Virus record (IMG/VR): IMGVR_UViG_3300047557_002530
Reading direction: 5' to 3' (one strand)
Length of the DNA stretch: 64,000 bases
Source of the DNA: a virus
Lineage: Duplodnaviria > Caudoviricetes
In this document: in pieces, positions 57,226 to 64,000 of the stretch
Layout: every line of letters starts with the position of its first letter
Position numbering within the stretch: the first letter of the stretch is position 1
Made by a program: the position numbers and the translations under genes
The notes under the pieces: model-generated
Database searches by the model: none
What the model was told of the DNA's origin: nothing
What the model saw: the letters and a program-made list of their open reading frames with translations, nothing else

Positions 57226-58927
57226 AAAAATTCGGTGGCGTAATTTTCTTTCTACAGGTCAGCACGAAACCGAAATCGATTTCACAAAAAATAAAACAAA
57301 CCTAATTGTTGGTACAAATGGAGCAGGTAAAAGTACTGTTCTTGATGCACTAACATTTTCTTTATTTGGAAAACCATTTCGTAAAATTAACAAACCACAA
57401 CTTATCAATTCTGTAAACGAAAAAGATTGTAGAGTTGAGGTTGAGTTTTCTATTGGAAATATTGAATGGAAAGTGATACGTGGAATCAAACCAACAATTT
57501 TTGAAATCTGGAGAAATGATACTTCCCTAGATCAATCTTCTGCTGCTTTAGACCAGCAAAAATGGTTAGAGCAAAATGTTCTTAAAATGAACTATAAATC
57601 TTTTACCCAGATTGTGATACTGGGTTCTAGTACATTTGTTCCTTTTATGCAACTTTCTGCTGCTAATCGCAGAGAAGTAATTGAAGATCTTCTTGATATT
57701 AAGATCTTTTCTTCAATGAATATGGTAATTAAAGAAAAGATTCGTCAAGCAAAAGAAGATATAAAAGTTCTTGAGTTGAAGAAAGAATCTCTTCTTGATA
57801 AAGTCAAGATGCAAGAAAGTTTTATCGAAGAACTTGAAAATCGCGGAAAAGATAATATAAACGACAATAATCGGAAAATTTCCGATTTAGATAAAGAAAT
57901 CCAACAATATATGGACGAGAATAGTTCTTTAGAAGAACCTCTTTATGAGTACATTAAAGAGCAAGATAAGTTGGTTGGATATGCGGAGAAACTTCGCAAG
58001 TTAGGAAATCTTAAAGGTAAGATTTCTCAAAAAGTATCTACTATTACGAAAGAACATAAGTTTTTTACGGAGAATACGGTTTGTCCTACCTGCACACAAC
58101 CGATTGATGAGACCTTTAGAATAAATAGAATTAACGACGCTCAATTTAAAGCAAAAGAGTTGCAATCTGGTTATAAAGAACTAGAGGATGCAATTAAAGA
58201 GGAAGAGGAGCGAGAGCGTCAATTTACTGCTCTATCGAAGGAAATTTCAAAATTAACGAATGGCATTTCTCAAAATAATATTAGGGTTAACGGATTACGG
58301 AAACAAATCCGAAATCTTGAAAAGGAAATTCAAGTTCTTACCGAGAACCTTGCAAACCGAAATTCTGAACATGGGAAACTAGAATCCTTCAGAGACAATT
58401 TAAAAACTACATACGACGAACTCGCTTCTAAAAAAGACATAATCAACTATTACGATTTTTCGTATAGTTTGCTTAAAGACGGTGGAGTAAAATCCAAAAT
58501 CATTAAGAAGTATCTACCGCTGATAAATCAGCAAGTTAACCGTTATCTTCAGATGATGGATTTCTATATTAACTTCACGCTTGATGAGGAGTTTAACGAA
58601 ACCGTCCAGTCACCTATTCATGAAGATTTTTCCTATGCTTCTTTTAGTGAAGGCGAAAAAATGAGAATTGACCTTGCGCTACTCTTCACTTGGAGAGAAG
58701 TTGCAAGAATGAAGAATTCAGTCAGTACAAATCTTCTGATTATGGATGAAGTATTTGATAGCTCGCTTGATGGATTTGGAACCGAAGAGTTCCTTAAGAT
58801 TATTCGTTATGTGATTAAAGATGCAAACATTTTTGTTATTTCGCATAAGACAGGTCTGGAGGACAGATTTGAAAGCGTTATTGGATTTGAAAAAATAAAA
58901 GGATTTAGTAGAAAGATTGAACTTTAG
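57212..58927 (+). CDS. gp46: recombination ATPase subunit gp46 (Rad50/SbcC-like)
   Basis: GTNGAGKST Walker A, CPTC hook, FSEGEKMRID signature, LIMDEVFD, ISHK; ATG 57212 preferred. Confidence 0.97.
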   Translation: MILFKKIRWRNFLSTGQHETEIDFTKNKTNLIVGTNGAGKSTVLDALTFSLFGKPFRKINKPQLINSVNEKDCRVEVEFSIGNIEWKVIRGIKPTIFEIWRNDTSLDQSSAALDQQKWLEQNVLKMNYKSFTQIVILGSSTFVPFMQLSAANRREVIEDLLDIKIFSSMNMVIKEKIRQAKEDIKVLELKKESLLDKVKMQESFIEELENRGKDNINDNNRKISDLDKEIQQYMDENSSLEEPLYEYIKEQDKLVGYAEKLRKLGNLKGKISQKVSTITKEHKFFTENTVCPTCTQPIDETFRINRINDAQFKAKELQSGYKELEDAIKEEEERERQFTALSKEISKLTNGISQNNIRVNGLRKQIRNLEKEIQVLTENLANRNSEHGKLESFRDNLKTTYDELASKKDIINYYDFSYSLLKDGGVKSKIIKKYLPLINQQVNRYLQMMDFYINFTLDEEFNETVQSPIHEDFSYASFSEGEKMRIDLALLFTWREVARMKNSVSTNLLIMDEVFDSSLDGFGTEEFLKIIRYVIKDANIFVISHKTGLEDRFESVIGFEKIKGFSRKIEL

Positions 58928-59007
58928 TCCACTTTCAAATCTGTCTACTGAACGCAATTTAAAGGGAAGGCACCTGCTAAACTACTAGAAGTTCAAAAGA
59001 AAACCAG

Positions 59008-61191
59008 ATGCCTGTCAACCTAGAAGTCAAAGGTTCTCTTGCCAAATGTCTGGCAACAGAGAACCTGATTATCGAACACAAGAAAGTTCCAACTGCAATG
59101 TTCGATGTAGATCGTCGTGTGCTGACTCTTCCGAGTTGGGATAAAGCATCTGCGACGGTCTATGATCTTCTGGTGGGTCACGAAGTAGGACACGCACTCT
59201 TCACTGATAATATTGATTGGACTAAAGAATATTCCGAAGTTCCTAAAGACTTCGTAAATGTTCTTGAGGATGTTCGCGTAGAACGTCTAATGAAGAAAAA
59301 GTACCCTGGACTGTCTCGGACTTTCTACAATGGGTATAATGAACTGAACACTGATGATTTCTTCTCAACCAAAGATGAGAACCTGGATGAACTGACTTTC
59401 ATTGACCGAATCAATCTTTACTATAAGATTGGTGCATTTCATAATATTGCTTTCAATGATGAGGAGAATGAGTTTCTGACTCGTGCTTCTCAAACTGAAA
59501 CCTTTGATGAAGTTCTGCAACTTGCTCGCGAAATCACCAAGTTTGTGAAGTACAAAAAGCAAGAGGTTCAGTCTATGCCTACCCCTGGTCAAGGTGATTC
59601 TTCTCAAGGTATGGGTGAGCAAGTAGAAGGTTCTTCCGATTCTTCTCAAGATGGAGAGAATCAGGACGGACAGAATAAATCTCAACTGGAGCAAGATTCT
59701 CAAGGTCAGTCTCAAACTGATGGAGAATCCTTCGGTGATGATATGAATAAGTCTATGGAAGCACCTAATGGTGGTGGTTTCGGTCAGGAAGCAAGTAATC
59801 AGCACAATAAGTCCGAACAAGATGAACTGACTTCTAAGACTTCTCGTTCTTTTGATGAAAAATCTCAAGACCTTGTGGATAAGTATGCTCAAGAAACTCA
59901 TTATGTGGAACTTCCCAAGATGAATCTTGATACAATGATTATTCCCAACGAGTTTATTCATCGCAAAGCAACAGAATTTTATAACAATTCTGGAACTTAT
60001 TATAAAGATGCTTTTGAGTATAATTGTAAAGAATACAATGCCTACAAGAAATCCGCAGAAAAGGAAGTTTCTTATCTGGTGAAAGAGTTTGAGTGTAAGA
60101 AGTCTGCCGATCAATATGCTCGTTCTAGCACTGCTCGCACAGGCGTTCTTGATACAACTAAACTCCATACCTATAAGTTCAATGAAGACTTGTTTAAGAA
60201 GGTCTCCGTGGTTCCTGACGGTAAGAATCATGGACTTATCTTCATTCTGGACTGGTCTGGTTCAATGAGTGAATTCATCCTGGATGCTTATAAGCAACTG
60301 CTGAATCTCATTTGGTTCTGTCGTAAGGTGAATATTCCTTTCGAGGTTTATGCTTTCACTTTGGACGCTCATTCGTATATTGAATTGCAGCCACATCATC
60401 CTCCTGTTTATGAAAAAGTTGCGGGCGTGCTTTCCCCTGAGGCATCTTTCCGACTGATGAATTTTTTCACCAGTAAAGTAAACAATCGAGTTCTTGATGA
60501 GCAACTGAAGAATATCTGGTGTGCTTGTTATTCTTATCAGAAGCGTTCTGGTGCTGTTCCTCCTCACCTGGACCTTTCGGGTTCTCCTATCGGAGAAAGT
60601 ATGATGGCACTTCATGCTCTGATTCCTGATTTCCAGGCAAAAAATAAACTTCAGAAGGTAAATGTTATCTTCCTGACTGATGGTGAAGGTTATCAGAATT
60701 CAGTAACGGTTGCTCGTAAGGGTACTTACCATAATTCCCCCGAATATATTGGTAATACAAAGCACGCTCGCACTGCAATTCGTGATCGTAAGACTGGTCG
60801 CGTTTATCCTGCTCTGGATTATGATAACTTCCCTCGCTATGCTAAAGTTCTTCTGCATACTGTGAAAGATAGGTTTCCGACAGTAAATCTGATTAACTTC
60901 CGTATTACTCCTGGTCGTGATTTTGCGACGTGCTATCGTTGGTATGGTAGTGGTCAGGAGAACTATGAAAAAGTGAAATCTGATTATCGTAAAAACGGTT
61001 GCGTTCAATTTGGTGAAACTGGTTTCGATCAATTTAACGTGATTGCCTCATCTTCTCTCGCACAAGATGAAGAGTTTACTGTTCCAGAGAATGCAACGAA
61101 AGCACAAATCAAAACTGCCTTCACTAAAGTTCTTGGAAAGAAAAAGACTAACAAGAAAATTCTGGGTTCTTTTATCAGTCTTGTTGCTTAA
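59008..61191 (+). CDS. metallopeptidase-like (HExxH) plus VWA (CobT-like) protein
   Basis: HEVGHALFT and LEDVRVE, an acidic linker, then DWSGS...FLTDGE (MIDAS). Confidence 0.85.
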   Translation: MPVNLEVKGSLAKCLATENLIIEHKKVPTAMFDVDRRVLTLPSWDKASATVYDLLVGHEVGHALFTDNIDWTKEYSEVPKDFVNVLEDVRVERLMKKKYPGLSRTFYNGYNELNTDDFFSTKDENLDELTFIDRINLYYKIGAFHNIAFNDEENEFLTRASQTETFDEVLQLAREITKFVKYKKQEVQSMPTPGQGDSSQGMGEQVEGSSDSSQDGENQDGQNKSQLEQDSQGQSQTDGESFGDDMNKSMEAPNGGGFGQEASNQHNKSEQDELTSKTSRSFDEKSQDLVDKYAQETHYVELPKMNLDTMIIPNEFIHRKATEFYNNSGTYYKDAFEYNCKEYNAYKKSAEKEVSYLVKEFECKKSADQYARSSTARTGVLDTTKLHTYKFNEDLFKKVSVVPDGKNHGLIFILDWSGSMSEFILDAYKQLLNLIWFCRKVNIPFEVYAFTLDAHSYIELQPHHPPVYEKVAGVLSPEASFRLMNFFTSKVNNRVLDEQLKNIWCACYSYQKRSGAVPPHLDLSGSPIGESMMALHALIPDFQAKNKLQKVNVIFLTDGEGYQNSVTVARKGTYHNSPEYIGNTKHARTAIRDRKTGRVYPALDYDNFPRYAKVLLHTVKDRFPTVNLINFRITPGRDFATCYRWYGSGQENYEKVKSDYRKNGCVQFGETGFDQFNVIASSSLAQDEEFTVPENATKAQIKTAFTKVLGKKKTNKKILGSFISLVA

Positions 61192-61197
61192 TCACTT

Positions 61198-61223
61198 GGG
61201 GGATTTTATAATCCCCTTTTTTT
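61198..61223 (+). terminator. intrinsic terminator
   Basis: GGGGATT-ttat-AATCCCC followed by a T run. Confidence 0.8.
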
Positions 61224-61230
61224 ATAAATA
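61223..61230 (+). promoter_or_regulatory. late promoter
   Basis: Exact TATAAATA about 20 nt before the ATG at 61250. Confidence 0.75.
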
Positions 61231-61249
61231 ACTAAAAAGTATTCATAAA

Positions 61250-62272
61250 ATGGACGCACAAGAACTTCGCAATCTTCAAGAAGCATATATTGAGGTTTAC
61301 CAGAATCTTGATGAGGAAGGTGCAACTTCTAAAAGATTGGCAGATGTTGCTGATGACAGAATTGGAGATTTGCCACGAACACATCATATTCATCATCGTA
61401 GAGGAACAGCTTCTTTAAGAACTTTGTCGAATTTGCATTTTAATGCAAAAGAGAGAGCACAAGGTAGATACCCTGAGAAATCAGGTCTTAGAAGGGGTGC
61501 TGGTGGGGCAGGAGTTCCAGATAGACCAGGAGATTCTGTAACATCTCTACGAGATACTCGTAGAGGTGCAGCACGCAAACTGCTTGACCTAGAGGCAAAT
61601 AGAAAAAAACCATTAACCCCAAGTGAACGTCCAATACCTATTAGAAGCAGACCAACTCCTCCCACAAGTGGACCAACTAGTAGAACAAAAACTCCATTAA
61701 CACCAAAAACTAGAGACGAAAGAGCAGCAGCAGCAGGATTCAAAGGTCAAGGATCTCTTCCAAAAGGTAAAAAACTCTATAGACAAACTGCTCGTGGTGT
61801 TACAACTGGAGATGATCCAATGAAAGTATTACAGTCAGCAGCACAGCAAAAAGAACATTATGACCTCTACGACATCATCCTCTCACACCTTCTTGATGAG
61901 GGATATGCAGAAACCGTCGAAGCAGCAGAAGTAATGATGGTGAATATGAGTGAAGAGTGGAGAGAGAATATTATGATTGCTGAAGGAATGACTATGAAAG
62001 ACTTCAAGGCAAATCGTCGGAAAAATAAAAGAAGAGATGCTTCTGCTGATGCTGTGAAGAGAGGTCACGTAGGTAAGGAATGGTATAACAGTGGTAGAAG
62101 ATATTCTCCAGATGAAGCAAAGAGAATGCGTTCAAACCTGGATGATGAAGAAAGACGTACAAGACATCGTAGTGCTGTAGATCCTGATAATGAGAATGAT
62201 GATAACTTCTCTGCAGACAAGACGAAGAACCCCAAGAAACTTCGTAAGCAAAAAGCAATGGGTGAACACTGA
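61250..62272 (+). CDS. late-expressed basic low-complexity protein, putative internal head protein
   Basis: MDAQELRNLQEAYIEVY N-terminus; LYDIILSHLLDEGYAETVEAAEVMMVNMSEEW acidic module; Arg/Pro-rich segments. Confidence 0.75.
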   Translation: MDAQELRNLQEAYIEVYQNLDEEGATSKRLADVADDRIGDLPRTHHIHHRRGTASLRTLSNLHFNAKERAQGRYPEKSGLRRGAGGAGVPDRPGDSVTSLRDTRRGAARKLLDLEANRKKPLTPSERPIPIRSRPTPPTSGPTSRTKTPLTPKTRDERAAAAGFKGQGSLPKGKKLYRQTARGVTTGDDPMKVLQSAAQQKEHYDLYDIILSHLLDEGYAETVEAAEVMMVNMSEEWRENIMIAEGMTMKDFKANRRKNKRRDASADAVKRGHVGKEWYNSGRRYSPDEAKRMRSNLDDEERRTRHRSAVDPDNENDDNFSADKTKNPKKLRKQKAMGEH

Positions 62273-62296
62273 AGATCACTTCCCAAACCGTCCACT

Positions 62297-62319
62297 GACC
62301 CCGCAAGGGGTCTTTTTTT
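62297..62319 (+). terminator. intrinsic terminator
   Basis: GACCCC-GCAA-GGGGTC followed by a T run. Confidence 0.9.
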
Positions 62320-62351
62320 GTGTTATGATTACGGAGTAATCAACCAAACCG

Positions 62352-63473
62352 ATGCCTTCCAAATCTAACATTATGATCGACCAAGCAATCTCCATTCTGA
62401 AGGAAAAGTTCGGCACCGAGTTTGGTGCTGATGCTGTCAAAGAAGTGGCAGATGAACTGAATACTTCTTATGCGACTCTCTCCAAGTATCTAAATCAATA
62501 CAAGGTGGGTCGTGGTAAATGGAATCTGGAGCAAACCGTGCAAGACCTTGAAGAAACTTACAACTCTCCTGCTGCAGAAGGTTCCGATACGGTTCCTGGT
62601 GTGGCAACTATGAATTCTGTCGTTCAAAATCTTATTCCCAACAAAGATGCTACCTTCGTCAGCTTTGGTAACTTTTCGGATATTAAAAAAGTTATTCAGT
62701 CTGGTCTATTCTATCCTGCTTTCATCACTGGTCTTTCTGGCAACGGAAAAACTTTCGGTGTGGAACAGTCTTGTGCCCAACTTGGTCGGGAACTGATTCG
62801 GGTCAACATCACCATCGAAACTGATGAGGATGACCTGATTGGTGGTTTCCGTCTCGTAAATGGGGAAACTGTATGGCACAATGGTCCTGTGGTAGAAGCA
62901 ATGGAACGTGGTGCAATTCTTCTGCTCGATGAGATTGACCTGGCATCCAACAAGATTATGTGTCTGCAGTCTGTCCTTGAGGGTAAAGGTGTATTCCTCA
63001 AGAAAATCGGTAAGCATATTGTACCCAAGGCAGGTTTCAATGTGATTGCGACTGCTAACACCAAGGGTAAGGGTAGTGATGATGGTCGTTTCATTGGCAC
63101 CAATGTTCTCAACGAGGCATTCCTGGAACGATTCCCCATCACCTTCGAGCAAGAGTATCCTACTATCTCTGTTGAGACTAAAATCTTGACTAAAGTTGCA
63201 GAGTCTCTCAGCATTCCTATGATTGGCGAGCACACTGATTTTATCAAGCACCTTTGCACTTGGTCTGAGATTATTCGCAAGACCTTCAATGATGGTGGTA
63301 TTGATGAAGTCATCAGCACTCGTCGTCTGGTTCATATCATCAAGGCATACTCTATCTTCGGTAAGAAAGACAAAGCAATCAAGGTTTGTCTGAATCGTTT
63401 TGATGATGAAACCAAAACAACCTTTGTTGAGTTGTATGATAAGATTGATGTTGATTTCCAAACGCCTTCTTAA
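62352..63473 (+). CDS. cobS: CobS/MoxR-type AAA+ ATPase
   Basis: GLSGNGKT Walker A, LLLDEID Walker B, ATANTKG, NEAFLERF, STRRL. Confidence 0.9.
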   Translation: MPSKSNIMIDQAISILKEKFGTEFGADAVKEVADELNTSYATLSKYLNQYKVGRGKWNLEQTVQDLEETYNSPAAEGSDTVPGVATMNSVVQNLIPNKDATFVSFGNFSDIKKVIQSGLFYPAFITGLSGNGKTFGVEQSCAQLGRELIRVNITIETDEDDLIGGFRLVNGETVWHNGPVVEAMERGAILLLDEIDLASNKIMCLQSVLEGKGVFLKKIGKHIVPKAGFNVIATANTKGKGSDDGRFIGTNVLNEAFLERFPITFEQEYPTISVETKILTKVAESLSIPMIGEHTDFIKHLCTWSEIIRKTFNDGGIDEVISTRRLVHIIKAYSIFGKKDKAIKVCLNRFDDETKTTFVELYDKIDVDFQTPS

Positions 63474-63480
63474 GAGTCCA

Positions 63481-63509
63481 TTGACACATATCAGTCTGTT
63501 TGATATAAT
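63481..63509 (+). promoter_or_regulatory. consensus sigma70 promoter
   Basis: TTGACA-17 nt-TATAAT. Confidence 0.85.
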
Positions 63510-63562
63510 TGGGGGAGGTAAAAAAGTGCCTTCCCTCTTTTTGTCCTTTACTGTAAAATGCA

Positions 63563-64000
63563 ATGACTGAAAACTTTAAGAGCACTTATGAAAGTTCAAT
63601 TCCTAATCAAGATTTCTGGGAAGAAGATGGTATTAGTCTAACTGGAAATCCTTGCCCCTCAGCAGATACGATCATCTTTGGATCACGACTTCCTGGTGGT
63701 CTTGGTGAAGATCATCTATCATTGAATATGCCTTCTACTTTTAATTTGGAAATGCCCGAAGATACAAACAAAAACGGTTTTTGGAAATACAACGAAGATA
63801 AAATCCTGAAACAACTTGAAGAATATATTGCAAGTACTTATCGCCAGCATTATGTCGATCGAACTGGTGGCGGTAAAGAGCAAACTCTTGATAAGATCAA
63901 GCACAATCGCCGCGAAGGATTCTGTGCTGGTAATGTAACGAAGTATATTGATCGTTATGATACAAAAGGAACTCCACGAGCAGATCTTTTTAAAGTTCTT
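63563..64000 (+). CDS. DUF3310-like / T4 61.1-like protein (partial, runs off the window)
   Basis: Hand-translated: FWKYNEDKILKQLEEYIASTY.QHY, QTLDKI, GFCAGNVTKYIDRY..KG. Confidence 0.7.
   Translation, partial: MTENFKSTYESSIPNQDFWEEDGISLTGNPCPSADTIIFGSRLPGGLGEDHLSLNMPSTFNLEMPEDTNKNGFWKYNEDKILKQLEEYIASTYRQHYVDRTGGGKEQTLDKIKHNRREGFCAGNVTKYIDRYDTKGTPRADLFKVL

Noticed and set aside
39973-58927. Introns or inteins in gp17, gp18, gp20, gp23, uvsW, gp46 or gp47
   Set aside because: The ORFs are continuous, of ordinary length, and show no intein or intron motifs.
59365-60231. 288-aa minus-strand ORF
   Set aside because: It lies wholly antisense to the peptidase-VWA gene, has no recognisable motifs and an atypical composition; a codon-bias shadow.
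62352-63473. cobS as a vitamin B12 auxiliary metabolic gene
   Set aside because: Only generic MoxR/AAA+ motifs are present, there is no cobN or other cob gene, and the partner is a peptidase-VWA protein.
62706-63563. 285-aa and 202-aa minus-strand ORFs
   Set aside because: Antisense shadows of the CobS-type gene with no motifs, promoter or ribosome-binding site.
112-63904. All other short minus-strand or alternate-frame ORFs in the track
   Set aside because: They overlap well-supported + strand genes and lack independent evidence.

Overview
A 64-kb segment of a lytic T4-like myovirus. Gene content and order point most likely to a cyanomyophage (Kyanoviridae-like); the host is inferred, and no photosynthesis genes lie in the window. 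Essentially all real genes are on the + strand. 1-4.3 kb is an accessory/early region of small ORFs. It includes an adjacent NlaIII/IceA-like endonuclease and small m6A methyltransferase, and a DUF6011-type protein. 4.3-6.1 kb is a mostly non-coding control region. It holds DnaA-box-like 9-mers, an AT-rich 10-mer tandem repeat, a perfect minus-strand sigma70 promoter, a 16-bp hairpin, a late promoter, and a five-unit array with exact 72-bp period built on TTCGT-N12-TTCGT. 6.1-8.5 kb has small conserved ORFs, a free-standing HNH endonuclease and a GT-A-like protein. 8.5-56 kb is the virion and late core: gp25, gp6, a 4161-aa gp7-like protein, gp8, a VrlC-like protein split in two, gp13-gp23, gp3, uvsY, uvsW and gp55. 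Putative internal head proteins are interspersed. 56-64 kb has gp47, gp46, a peptidase/VWA protein, an inserted late gene, a CobS/MoxR-type AAA+ ATPase and a partial DUF3310-like gene. Family assignments come from motifs and remembered family features, not database searches. The leading candidates for new biology are the 72-bp array with its origin-like surroundings, the phage R-M-like pair, and a set of putative gp21-processed capsid cargo proteins.
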